Program-made: the position numbers and the translations under genes
From: Octopus sinensis
Taxonomy: Eukaryota
Assembly (NCBI RefSeq): GCF_006345805.1
Contig: NC_043002.1
Span: 9,424,001-9,488,000 of the forward strand
Length of the DNA: 64,000 nucleotides
Direction of reading: 5' to 3'
In this document: positions 13,407-25,973 of the stretch, one piece after another
Layout: the number at the start of each line of letters is the position of its first letter
How positions within the stretch are numbered: the stretch's first letter is position 1
The notes under the pieces: generated by a model
Database searches by the model: none
What the model saw: the letters and a program-made list of their open reading frames with translations, nothing else
Told to the model about the DNA's origin: nothing

Positions 13407-13800
13407 TCTCTTTTACTCTTTTACTTGTTTCAGTCATTTGACTGCGGCCATGCTGGAGCACCGCCTTTAGTTGAGCAAATCGACCCCGGGACTTATTCTT
13501 TGTAAGCCCAGTACTTATTCTATCGGTCTCTTTTTGCCGAACCGCTAAGTGACGGGGACGTAAACACACCAGCATCGGTTGTCAAGCAGTGCTAGGGGAC
13601 AAACACAGACACACAAACGCATATATACATATATACGACGGGCTTCTTTCAGTTTCCGTCTACCAAATCCACTCACAAGGCTTTGGTCGGCCCGAGGCTA
13701 TAGCAGAAGACACTTGCCCAAGATGCCACGCAGTGGGACTGAACCCGGAACCATGTGGTTGGTTAGCAAGCTACTTACCACACAGCCACTCCTGCACCTA
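13407..13800 (-). mobile_element. tRNA-headed CORE-like SINE
   Basis: Full-length copy of the 5795-6203 family. Confidence 0.9.
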
Positions 13801-14169
13801 TATATATACATATATACACACACACATACAGACACACATATATATACAGTTATGAGGGGAAAACTTGGATCTTGTGAATTTTCCGAAGTCCTCTTCCCAC
13901 CCTCCTGTTGCTTTGCATGCATTTTTTTTTCTTTTTCATATTCTTTTCCTACACATAGTTTGACACCCATTCCAGTATTTAGTTTTGGATTTTCATTTGC
14001 GGTTCAAGATGTAAACATTAACCAAAGATGCTCCCTATCATTTCAAAGGCTATGGCAAAAAAACAATTGGAAAAATCCCAGTCAAAACGGAGAAATTCAA
14101 ACTTATGTGGTCTTCTTGATCCTAAACTCCTCTCCTCCCCCAGAAAAATTTTCCCCACAAGTTTCTTCA

Positions 14170-14560
14170 TAATGAGCGCCTTGTTTCCCTGGGCATGGAT
14201 TCACTGAAGCTCCGGCGTCTGGCGATGGACTTGGTAAACACTCACAAAAGTTATCAACCACCTCACCAACAACAACACTGAACACCTTTTTGATCTCCAT
14301 GTGTCCAACACACGTGGACATGCCTACAAAGTCAGAAAGCAACACAGCTCCCATGACTTTCGGAAACATTTTTTCACGCTCAGAGTTGCTGAAGCATGGA
14401 ATAAACTACCTGCGTCAGTTGTTGACTGCCATGACACTGCATCCTTTAAGGCCCTCATGCTTTCCAAAATCCGCCGAAACTACACCTGATTATACATACA
14501 CTTTAGATGAGTTGTAGTGCACCTGAGCACTGTACACAATGTTTTTATTATTATCATTAT
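14170..14560 (+). mobile_element. CR1/L2-type LINE 3' end
   Basis: NTRGHAYKV...RKHFFTLRVAEAWNKLP is the CR1-type ORF2 C-terminal motif; (ATT)n tail. Confidence 0.75.
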
Positions 14561-14749
14561 TAATTGTAATCTATGCTGTTTGAAAGGTATTTATATAAAA
14601 TTCCATCAAAAGATATCCATTTTCCTGAAAGTTATGAAGGAAAAAATCAGATTGTGCAAATTTTCCGAAACTCCTCTCCCCAATTCCTTGTTTGTTTGCA
14701 TAAATTTTGGTTTTCAAATTCGTTTGCTACATGTTTTTTTTTTACACCT

Positions 14750-15040
14750 ACACCATTCGAGCGGGATCGTTACCAACATCGCCTTACTGGCACCTGTGCT
14801 GGTGGCATGTGTAAAAAAATTTAAGCAAGGTCGTTGCCAGTACCGCCTGACTGGCCCCCGTACCGGTGGCACGTGAAAGCACCTACTACACACTCGGAGT
14901 GGTTAGCGTTAGGAAGGGCATCCAGCTGTAGAAACACCGCCAGATCAAGATTGGAACCTGGTGCAGCCATCTGGTTCACCAGCCCAGTCAAACCGTGCAA
15001 CCCATGCTAGCAAGGAAAGCGGACGTTAAATGATGATGAT
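14750..15040 (+). mobile_element. RTE-LINE 3' end
   Basis: Near-identical to 660-960. Confidence 0.85.
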
Positions 15041-15999
15041 TACACTTGTTTCTTTTTGTTTTGGTGGCCTGGTGTTAGACGAGATATTAACCACGAAATT
15101 TCATGCAAATGCCTTTCAAATAGCATAGATTACGATTGTAAAAAAATTAGTGGGGGAAATTTTTTCCGAGGGGGTAGGAAGAGGAGTTTAGAAAAAAGAC
15201 AGAGTTTGAGATCAGGACAACCAAATAAGGTGGAACTACTTTGTTTTGATGGGGATTTCTCTCATTTTGTATTTTACCACAGCCTTTGAAATGATGGGGT
15301 GGGCATCTTTTTATGAAAAAAAATGTTTTCAAAATTTCTTCACCTCCCTACACTTTCTTCACCATCCCACTCTGGACTGATTTTGGCCAATTTTTGTAAA
15401 GTTAGAAACCACAGGAGGAGCCTTTTTGGTTAAAAAAAACAACAAATAAATAAAAAAATGTAAATATTTTCACAAGAAAAGGTGTACGATTCAAGGGAAA
15501 TTTGGCTGTTGTTTCTAGCACATCCCAAACCACCCTTAATTTTCACCTCTTGTATGTATTGATATATTTTCAATATTTTTCTCAAGCAAAGGTGAAGTGC
15601 ATGCAAAACCATCCCTTTCCAACTTTTTTTCTTTTTTCCCAAAATTTCTTTGGATTTCTGTGTTGTCGATACAGGAGAATACAATTTTGCCCAAATATCT
15701 TGTTTTTCGAAATTTTGTTTTCCCTCCTCCCAAATTTTTTTTAATCCATGTAGAAAAATACAGATTACAAATCAGGGAATTTTTTTTTTTAATTTTAATT
15801 TTTCCTAAAGAAACCCCTAATGCCCCTTCCTCCACCTTGCCCACCCATTCAAAAAGCTAAAATCTCTGAATGTTTCACTTTTCTCTGATGCTTCATGCAT
15901 GCATAGAATCTTATGCTAAAGGTGAAGCATTCTGAGTTTTTAGCTTTTTGAAAGTGGGGAGGTCATGGGTGGAAGGTATTTGAGAGTTTCTTTATATTT

Positions 16000-16365
16000 A
16001 TTCTTTTACTTGTTTCAGTCATTTGACTGTGGCCATGCTGGAGTACTACCTTTAGTCAAATAAATTGACCCTAGGACTTATTCTTTGTAAGCCTAGTACT
16101 TATTTTATCGGTCTGTTTTGCCGAACCGCTTCGTTATGGAGATGTAAACACACCAACATTAGTTGTCAAGCAATGGTGGGGGGGGGGGACAAGCACGCAT
16201 ACACACTCACATATATATACATATATACGACGGGCTTCTTTCAGTTTCCGTCTACCAATCCACTCGCAAGGCTTTGGTCAGCCCGAGGCTATAGTAGAAG
16301 ACACTTGTCCAAGGTACCACGCAATGGGACTGAACCCAGAACTATGTGGTTGGTAAGCAAGCTAC
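16000..16365 (-). mobile_element. CORE-like SINE, interrupted (head continues at 18085-18122)
   Basis: The SINE sequence stops at ...caagctac and resumes at 18085 as gtaaacaagctacttaccacacagcc. Confidence 0.85.
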
Positions 16366-18084
16366 ATTTATTCGTTAAATTTGCCATGTAGGCAGCACAT
16401 AGATAAGGTAACTTTGTGGGTTGGACACAGACATTGATGAGGCGAATGATTATCATACAAAAATGATAAAGATGGGAGAAGACAGAAAGCGCCCGCCGAC
16501 CCTCTGCTTCTCTAAAACATTGTTCTTTAAAAACACATATACACAGCTATTAACCTTCTTACAATTAAAAATACAATATATTTGGACTAAAAAGTCTATA
16601 CAAATATAAACACAATTTATACACAAATTGGAGGCGATAACCCTCTACAATCCTTCCCCAAGTAATTTTCTTGCAACTTGCAGGCATTCCTGCAACCACA
16701 ATCCGGGGCTCCAAAAAAGAATTCTATAATTCTCAGTTTTATATGAGTCAGTTATAAGATCCCAGTCCTTTCTTTCCAGTCCCAGAGCAGCCACCTGCGG
16801 AGGCCACTCTGGGCTGTCAATACAAGTCGGGTCACCCAGGACCCAACTATCCATATTATTCTCCACGAAACTGTTAATAGCCCCTCCCCTGAGATAGAAG
16901 AACATATATTCTTCACCACTTTCACTGAGAGGGGCCTCAACTCTCTCGCTTGGTGGCACACATCCAGTTTCGGGACATGCCATTGCCGGCAATGCCCCGT
17001 TTTTCTTCTTTCTCTTCTTTTTTCCTTTTACGATGGGAGGGTGGAGTTCCTCCGACATCTCCGGAGGACCCTCCTTCCCCCCCGCCGTCTCAGGATCCAT
17101 CAGTAGGCAACCAATGTTGCCTGCCTTCTTTCTTTTCTACCCTTTTGTTTTCGAGGAGGTTACCTCCTCCTCGACAGTTCTTCTTTATATGGCCTGATTC
17201 CAGGCACAGGTAACACTTGGGGGGACATCCCTCAACAATCACCGGGTACCTGGAATTGGCCATTGTTAAAAAATCTGGTAAAACCAAATCATCAGCTGAT
17301 TGGGTCCATGGGGTCAAAAGCAATTTTGACCCAATCCAATCAACCGCAGGCAACATTTTTACATTTAAGAGTCTGGCAGGCCACCATCCAGGCCCTGATG
17401 GATAGTGTCTTCTAGCCACTAGGCCTCTATACCAGGTGGCAGCCCACACACCCAGGCTCTTGTCAACTTTCTACCGCCATAAGTTGGGAGAAACAAAATT
17501 TTCTCCCCCTCCAAAGGGATGCTCGCAAAATCACAAGCTTCTGCAAAGTGGATTTCACAGTTGCCATGTTGATAGCCAAAACAAAAATCAAAATGTTCAA
17601 ATGAAAGTCTATAAAGAACCTCAAAAAAGATCAGAAAGACAGACAAGAGAAGGAAGATGGTCTAAAATGGCAACACAACATAACACAATTCTGCTACTCT
17701 GGTAATCCAAACTGGTTGTCCTTTGCAGCACAAATAGTATTCCGTCCAAATCTGGCTGTACTCCTATCCTTTGTGGTAAAAATCCACTTGAAAGGGCACA
17801 AACACAATCATAAAAAATTCTAAAAACTTTTCAGAGGGACACGCCTCCCAAAATAAACACAATTCTTATTACAAAGTGAGTCTTCTTGCACAACCACTGG
17901 CAAACAAATGCCTGGAAACCCAGTGGAGACCCATGTTCGAAAAAAATACTTAAATACAAACAGCAGACCCCACTAAGCTCCCAAAAAACAAATGCTTTAC
18001 CTGTGGTTGTGCTTCAAATGTTCAATTTTTCACGTATGACCTGACTTCCATTACGATGAAAAACAAAGCGACAACTTGGTAGCA
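16366..18084 (-). mobile_element. Tx1/L1-like ORF1-only non-autonomous retroelement
   Basis: Zinc knuckle CYLCLESGHIKKNC. The LPTYGGR motif is shared with ORF1 at 47695. Flanked by a 13-bp TSD gtaa(g/a)caagctac; no RT sequence inside. Confidence 0.75.
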
Positions 18085-18129
18085 GTAAACAAGCTACTTA
18101 CCACACAGCCATTCCTGCACCTATAAATA

Positions 18130-18560
18130 AATAAAAACTTTAAAAGCACTAGATACAGAAAAATATTTAATGGCAAACATAAAATTCAGATTTTTTGTTT
18201 CTCCCAACCTTTTCAGGATAATCTCTTTGTTTAATAATAGAAAACTGGATTTATTCTATGAAAATAGAAAAAAACACTAATAGATAGTAAAGCACATAAT
18301 AAAAAGTTAGAAAAAATAGTATGAATAATACTTTTAACAATAACAATAGAAATACCTATACAGACAATAACTTAAAGAAATCTACAAAGCATAATAATAT
18401 TTCATTGTCTAGACAAAAGATAAACTGCAATTGCAGAGACCCAGATAACTGCATGTTAAACAGGGATTGTAGAAGAAGAAATGTAATATACCAGGCGGCA
18501 GTAATTGCACAAGATATGACCAAGTTTTATCATATTGGATCTACACAGAATTGGGTTAAA
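18130..18560 (+). mobile_element. Penelope-like element GIY-YIG remnant (continues 19953-20050)
   Basis: CNCRDPDNCMLNRDCRRRNVIYQAAV...YHIGST, then after the LINE insert LRIANHESAF...STALSKKIW. Confidence 0.75.
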
Positions 18561-18561
18561 T

Positions 18562-19952
18562 TCATCATCATCATTATCATCGTTTAATGTCCACTTTCCA
18601 TGCTGGCATGGGTTGGACGATCTGACTGAGGATAGCTGCACCAGGCTCCAATATGATCTGGCAGAGTTTCTACAGCTGGATGCCCTTCCTAATGCCAACT
18701 GCTCCGGGAGTGTAGTGGGTGCTTTTACATGCCACATACACAGGAGCCAGTCCAGGAGCACTGGCAACGACCTTGCTTGAATATTTTTTTCACATGCCAG
18801 TAAGGCAACACTGGTAATGATCACACTCGAATGGTGCTTTTTACGTGCCACCGGCACAGAAGCCAGTCAGCTGCTCTGGCAACGATCATGCTCAGATGGT
18901 GCTCTTAGCGCTCCACTAGTACGGATGCCAGTCATGTGGTGCTGTCATCGAATTTGATTTCAGTTTCACTTGCCTCAAAGGTCTTCGCAAGCTGAGTCTA
19001 GTGTCCAATGAAGGAAAGGTATGCATAAGTGGGCTAGTTACACCCCTGGCATAAGCCACGGGTTATGGTCTCACTTGGCTTGCCGGGTCTTCTCAAGCAC
19101 AGCAGATTTCCAAAGGTCCCAGTCACTAGTCATTGCCTTGGTGAGGCCCAATGTTTGGAGGTCGTGCTTCACCACCTCATCCCAGGTCGTCCTGGGTCTA
19201 CCTCTTCCACAGGTTCCCTCAACTGCTAGGGTGTGGAACTTTTTCATACAGCTATCCTCATCCATTCTCGCCACATGACCATACCAGCGCAGTCGTCTCT
19301 CTTGCACACCACATCTGATGCTTCTTTGGTCCAACTTTGCTCTCAAGGTGCTTACACTCTGTCAATTATGCACACTGACATTACACATCCAGTGAAGCAT
19401 ACTGACTTCATTCCTTGCAAGCTTACGCATGTCCTCAGCAGTCATGGCCCATGTTTTACTGCCATGTAGCATGGCTGTTCGTACACATGCGTCATAAAGT
19501 CTACCCTTTACTCTGAGCGAGAGGCCCTTTGTCACCAGCAGAGGTAGGAACTCTCTAAACTTTGCCCAGGCTATTCTTACTCTAACAGTTACACTTTCAG
19601 AGCACCCCCCACTGCTACTGACTTGGTCACCTAGGTAACGGAAGCTATCAACTACTTCTAGTTTTTCTCCCTTGAATGTAGCAGAAGTTGTTCTCTGCAC
19701 ATTTTCAGTGTAAATGCCACACACAAAAACTATTTTCCCAGTTAGCTTTCCTTTGATATTGCTGCACCTCTTATGTGTCCATAGCTTACACTGGGTACAT
19801 TTTATAAAGTTTCTACCTATGCCTTTTCTACAGATCGAGCAGGACCATGTACCTGAAGGGATTTGTGGTTTGTCTACCTTTCTACTTATTAGGACTTTGG
19901 TTTTAGCTAGGTTGACTCTAAGGCCCTTTGATTCTAATCTGTGCTTCCACAC
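18562..19952 (-). mobile_element. RTE-clade LINE, 5'-truncated
   Basis: GLRVNLAKTK, FRYLG, RLRWYGHV and GRGRPRTTW, followed by the family 3' UTR and (GAT)n. Confidence 0.92.
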
Positions 19953-20233
19953 CTGAGACGTCTAAGAATAGCAAATCACGAATCTGCTTTTAGGGACCAA
20001 AACAAAATGAATAGTACAGCACTTTCAAAGAAAATTTGGCCTCTGAAAAAAAAAAAAATGTCAACTACACAATTAAATGGAATATTTTAACACACACACC
20101 TAGTTTTTATGTGAATGTACGTATATATAGATATATATCTGAAAATGTATGAATATATATCAATAAAAATATGTGTGTGTGTGTGTGTTTATATGTATGT
20201 GTATGCTTTTATACAAGCTAAATAATTCTATTT

Positions 20234-20289
<56 letters not shown>

Positions 20290-20983
20290 TTAAATAATGA
20301 GGGAGATAAATTGAATATTAATTTGATTAATATAAATTTAAAACCAGTAGCCTAGCATACAAAAATCTGAAAAATCAGAGAAAATTCTAATACATATTAA
20401 TATTTTAAGAGCTAAAAACCACTGTTCTGGTGTCCGCTGAATTTTTCTCTAGAGAACATTCTCTCTTTCTAGTTTGATCGTAGGTGATCTATTTCTAGCA
20501 TATGGCTGTCCACATAGTGGTTTTTGTAGATTGTCTCCCTTGCATCAATTTCAAATATATCAAGGAAATAATCGTTTATTTTTAAAACAAAACTTTTCTT
20601 TAATACATAATATAGATCAATTCCACATTATTATACTTTATGACAATCAACTAAGTTGTTCATTTTTAAAACATCTTTTCCCAAGTTTATGCATATTTCG
20701 TGAGGTTAATCTGTTTTTATGTTTGTTTTTTTTGAAAATTAATCTCGACGTTTTTAGATAACGTAAGCGTCTTGTTGTTGACTGATTGTAATTCTTAATA
20801 AAAAATATTAGTCAATCTCACATACTAGTACTAGCTGCCTATTCAATTAAAAACAATAGAAAATGAAAGTTGACCATGAGCAAATCTTTAAATATAAATT
20901 TAAAATAACATATATCTCCTTATTTGGTATTTATGAACGTGCATACAAATACCTCTTGACCAGTATTTTCTAGAGCAAGTTTG

Positions 20984-21395
20984 AGATCTTTTCGGTTTGA
21001 ACGGCAGTTTTTAAAAATAATTTCCACGTAACTAAACACTTTTAAACTTCGTATACTGGTAGAATGTGTTTATAAAACATCTTTTTATCTTGGCTTTATT
21101 GAGAAAACTCAATAGTTTATAAGATATTTGTTGTTTTTTTCTTCAATTTCTGCAATTTCAACCAATCAGTGACGTCTATTGAGGTGAAAAACATTCTGTG
21201 CCGTATTAATATGTCCCTCGTTTAAGAAACAGATTGGGTTTATTTACATTTCTGAAGAAAAAAAGATACCCTTCTCCCCACCCCTAACCCTAAAACAGAT
21301 TGAAATGCAATAGATCGATACTAGGGTCATAATTATGGGTGACAATTTCATATGACACCGCTAGAAAAAAACTGCCGTTCAAACCGAAAAGATCC
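20984..21395. mobile_element. MITE family B (~29 bp TIR GATCTTTTCGGTTTGAACGGCAGTTTTT)
   Basis: TIRs at both ends; caagttt is duplicated in the flanks; an inverted second copy lies at 31505-31927. Confidence 0.88.
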
Positions 21396-21521
21396 ACAAG
21401 TTTTTTAAATAGATATATATTTGCTTTAATAGTGAGCAAGTCAAAAATTTAAATATGAGATATGTAACCAGCAGAGTCCGTTGTAGCATAACTTGGTGAT
21501 ATCCTCACTATTTGAGAGATA

Positions 21522-22289
21522 TGTTAGAAATAATGTCGTAGCAGATGACAGTTAACTTTTGGCTGCTGTTTGGGCCCTGTTGTATCCACTGCTCTGATTG
21601 GTTGGCATTGGCACAGTTTGTCTCTTGACTTACTTCACACCAATGTGTGAACCAACCAGTCAGAACCTTGCAATAAGATCATGTGACACAGTCTTTTGGG
21701 TTTTCTTCTGGAGCCTCTAGAACCTTATAAAAACCCAGCAATCCAGTGAATTGAGGGCTTTGGTCTCTGACCATTGACCACACCAGACCAGCCAGTTCCA
21801 GCGACCCAGCCATGTTCCTGCTCCAGCCAATGCCAACATACACGAGCAACGCAGGACGTTTCTCCACCATTGCCATTGTCAACTTCACTTTGATGCTGCC
21901 ATCAATACCGCCGCCTTAGCTTATTGTTGCCCTTCAGCTTCATGTCGTCTCCATCTCCGTCGCCTTCATCTCCAGCAACACCAATACGTACACAGCACAC
22001 TCGCTTAGGTTTAGCTTTCTCGCTGTTGTGTATACATACCAAGGTAAACAGCACAGCACTACCGGCAAGATCTTCTGTACCGATGTAACCTGGCAAATGG
22101 ATCGAAGCCCAACTTCTACATGCGTAGTAACTGCTCTCCTCTTTATCCCAACTTCATTGACAAAGAATGAACTGCTATTGTGTTTTTTCTCTTTATTCTT
22201 TACTGGCACTCTTATTCCTTTATTCCACATAATGGTGTTATTCTTTGTTAGGGTGACCGTACGGCGTTTAAAAAGAGACATTTCTATCA
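21522..22289 (+). mobile_element. Possible solo LTR
   Basis: TGTTAGAAAT...ATTTCTATCA near-inverted termini and an internal TATAAAA. No TSD found. Confidence 0.3.
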
Positions 22290-22395
22290 CCAACTCCTTT
22301 ACGTACGGTCATTTACTACACCTTCAATGATTTCTGTCTAGATTCAAACAATGCTGAGGAGAATAATGAATATACAAATATCTGAAAAGATCCGA

Positions 22396-22675
22396 TGTCA
22401 TCATCATCATCATTTAACGTCCGCTTTCCATGCTGGCATGGGTTGGACGGTTCAGCTGGGGTCTGGGAAGCCAGAAGGCTGCACCAGGTCCAGTCTGATC
22501 TGGCAGTGTTTAAACAGCTGGATGCCCTTCCTAACGCCAACCACTCCGTGAGTGTAGTGGGTGCTTTTTACGTGCCACCGGCACAGGTGCCAGACGAGGC
22601 TGCCAAACGGCCACGATCGGATGGTGCTTTTTACATGCCACCGGCACGGGGACCAGGCGAAGCTGGCAACGGCCA
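22396..22675 (-). mobile_element. RTE-LINE 3' end
   Basis: (CAT)n plus the family tail with tandem units. Confidence 0.85.
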
Positions 22676-22929
22676 TATTTTAAATATCTTTTTGTTTATT
22701 TTTTTATTTTACTTCAATGACAACTACAACCTTTATGATGTTCTGTTTATGGGAATTTTGGTCCTTTTCTCTGAAACATTTGTATGGGAATATGAAATAT
22801 GAAATAAAAATTTAATCCAGTTTTTACATCCAATCTCATTCATTTATTTTATTTGATGTAATTTATTAAACTTTAGTTTAATAAAATAAGTCTGATATTG
22901 ATTAATTATATATATATATATATTCCTTT

Positions 22930-23072
22930 ATTCTGTTATTCTTTCACTTGTTTCAGTCATTTTCTGCGGCCATGCTAGAACACTGTTTTTAGTTAAGAAA
23001 TCAACTCCAGGACTTATTCATTGTAAGCCCAGTACTTATTCTATCCGTCGCTTTTGCCAAACCACTAAGTTA
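22930..23072 (-). mobile_element. CORE-like SINE 3' fragment
   Basis: cttgtttcagtcatt...cggccatgct...gtacttattctatc. Confidence 0.75.
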
Positions 23073-23199
23073 GCCCATGTTCCCAGCTTTGGATGAACCT
23101 TGAAACTAATGTTTGGGCAATGCTGGTGGTATATTCTCCACATCGTACAAATGATGTACCACTCCCGGTGGCACTGGAGAGAAAGTTTCAAGGTGGTCC

Positions 23200-25055
23200 C
23201 AATAATTGAGATCAGACTCTGCTAGCCAGATTGATTTCATCCTCACCAGACAGCGGGATGCAGGGTTGCTCTTAAATACAAAGACCCTCCCAGGTGAAGA
23301 ATGTACTCCCCAGCATAGGCTAGTCATTAGTGACTTTAGGCTCGAAGCCAGAAGGATACCAAGAAAAAGACCAATCCAGAAAAGAAGGACTTGGAAGCTA
23401 AAGAACTCTTCACATGGGGAGAGATTTAGGGACATCCTCATCAAGAAATTTGAGGAGAGGGAGGAAGAGCTACAGACATCGGACATAGAAGGTAGCTGGA
23501 AATTCCTACGGGACAGCTTATTGAGTGCCACAGACCAAGTCTGGCTGGTGCAAAGTCCCTTCCAGACCTAGAGTTACGTGATGGTGGAATAGTGCAGTAG
23601 ACAAAGCCATTAGTGCAAAGAGACGGGCCTGGAAAGCCTGGAGGGATGGGGGTAGCAGGGAACCGTACCAAGTAGCCAAAAGGGAGGCTGGGTGGCAGGT
23701 ATACATAGCCAAGGGTGAAGCAGAAAAGAAGTTTGCCAATGTCCTGTAACGTGAGGACCAAAGAAGTGAGGTATTTCGAATTGCAAGACAGTGTGAGGGA
23801 AAATTGTGATGTCACAAGAGAGAAATGTGATCGAATAGATGATGGTGCACTTGCTTTTAGTGATTCTGAAAAGAAAGAGGTTCGGAGAAGCCATTATGAA
23901 AGACTGCTGAATGTGGAGAATGAATGGGAGGAGGAGAGCCTGCCAAATGTTGACCCAGTAGAGGGACCAGCTATCCAAATAGACAGCTCCCTTGTAGTTA
24001 AGGCAATTAAGGATATGAAACCAGGTAAAGCCCCCAGCCTATCAGGAATCACTGCTGAGATGCTTAAAACATCTGGTGGTGTGGGCTATGGCCTCGTCAC
24101 CCGCATTCTAAACCAGGTAGTTCATAATGGAGTCATACCCAATGACTGGCGTAGCAGCACCATAGTCAACTGCTACAAGAGTAAAGGTGATGCTCTAGAT
24201 ATAGAAATAATAACAGGGGTATCAAACTGCTGGATCAGGTAATGAAGGTCACAGATAGGGTCATAGCCCATCTCATTAGGGAGAGAGTCTGCTTAGATGA
24301 AATGCAATTCGGTTTTGTGCCGGGTAGAAGCACCATTGATGCCATATTCCTCATTTGACAACTGCAGGAGAAATACCTAGTCAAAGATAAATCCCTATAC
24401 TTAGCTTTTGTGGACTTGGAGAAAGCCTTTGACAGGATTCCCTGATCCTTTATCTGGTGGGTGATGCAGAAACTGGAGATTGACGAATGGTTAATAAGGG
24501 CTGTACAGGCCCTTTACAGAGAGGCTGTTAGTAAGTTTAGGATTGGCAATGAGTACAGTGAAGAATTCCTGGTAGAAGTTGGCATCCACCAAGGCTCAGC
24601 CCTCAGTCCCCTTCTATTCATCATAGTCCTCCAGAGAATAACAGAGGAATTTGAGACGGGTTGTCCCTGGGAGCTCCTCTATGCTGATGACCTGGCCCTC
24701 ATAGCAGAATCCCTACCAGAACTAGAGAAGAAATTTTGTGTGTGGAATCTATGTTTAGAATCAAAAAGCCTTATAGTCAATGTAGCAAAAACCAAAGTTC
24801 TAGTAAGTAGGAAGGCAAACTCACCACACACCTCTTCAGGTAGGTGGCTCTGCTCAATCTGTAGAAAAGGTGTAGGTAGAAACTCCATCAGATGTACCCA
24901 GTGTAAGCTATGGACACATAAGAGGTGCAGCAAGAAGAATTCCGGGTAGAAGTAGGGGTCCAGCAACATCAAAGGAAAATTAACCGAGAAGATAGCTTTC
25001 ATGTGCGACAGATGCACAGGAGCAATAGACACCATTGATACTCAGAAAACAGATT
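23200..25055 (+). mobile_element. RTE-clade LINE ORF2 pseudogene (end of APE endonuclease plus RT)
   Basis: SQIDFIL, QHRLVISD, GKAPSLSGI, DLEKAFD, HQGSALSPLLF and YADD; multiple stops and frameshifts; highly similar to 8050-9100. Confidence 0.92.
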
Positions 25056-25915
25056 TTCTGGCCATTTTACATGAGGGAGATTGAAATCCCTTAAGAGAAG
25101 TATGTGCAGATCATTGTCGAGATTCGTCAGAACATCTCCCATTTTTTGGAGGCACTCTTGAAATGAGTTCTCATGATCTGGCACATCTGGTGAGTGATGT
25201 GTGGTACATATTACCATCCTCATCTGTTTAATGTGTACTACTAGAGTATCGCATACAGTGTTGGAGTGTGACAAGAGTACCATGGGCATGGCATCATCAC
25301 AGTTGTACATTGCCACTCCTCCATGAGACCTTTCTTGTCTATCGGTTTGTAGCACGACATATCCTGGTATGTGTACCTCGGCGTCTGACACATCCACATT
25401 TAGGTGTGTTTCTGTTAGTGACATGCATATTGCTTGATTACATGTCCCAAGGTCTCTTAGGTATTGCGGTTTTCGTTGGTGGAGTGTTATAAGGCCCCTT
25501 GATGTTCAGAGAGAGTATTGGCGTGAGTAGCAGGGAGTTGGTGGTGTCCATGGATCCGGCATGCATGGAGGTGTTTGAGGTGGACACAGGTATTGGTATG
25601 TGCCTTGCATGTCAGGTGTCTGGCAAAGCCAGGTCAGCTGTTCCACAATTTTCTGTGCAACTTCCAAAAAAGCCCGCTGCTGAGTGGCTGCCAACTGCAC
25701 TGCATCAGTTGTCTGTTTCCCTCTCAGAGTTCTGCTCTTATCTTCAGCATACTTACATGGCGGTGATATCGTATTGTGAGTCTTGCTATTGCATTTTTTG
25801 TCTTGTGGTGATTTGTTCTGCCTGGCCTTCGGGTGATTAGGATGAGGGCTGTGTGCCAGGGGCTTGGGGTGAGCAAATTTGCAGCCCATCCCCTTATCTC
25901 CATACCAGCAAGTAT
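25056..25915 (-). mobile_element. CR1/L2-type LINE fragment (ORF1 end plus APE endonuclease)
   Basis: SLTETHL...IPGYVVLQTDR...GGVAMY...DFNLP; upstream C..C.FAHP CCCH-like motif. Confidence 0.75.
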
Positions 25916-25921
25916 ATACAT

Positions 25922-25973
<52 letters not shown>

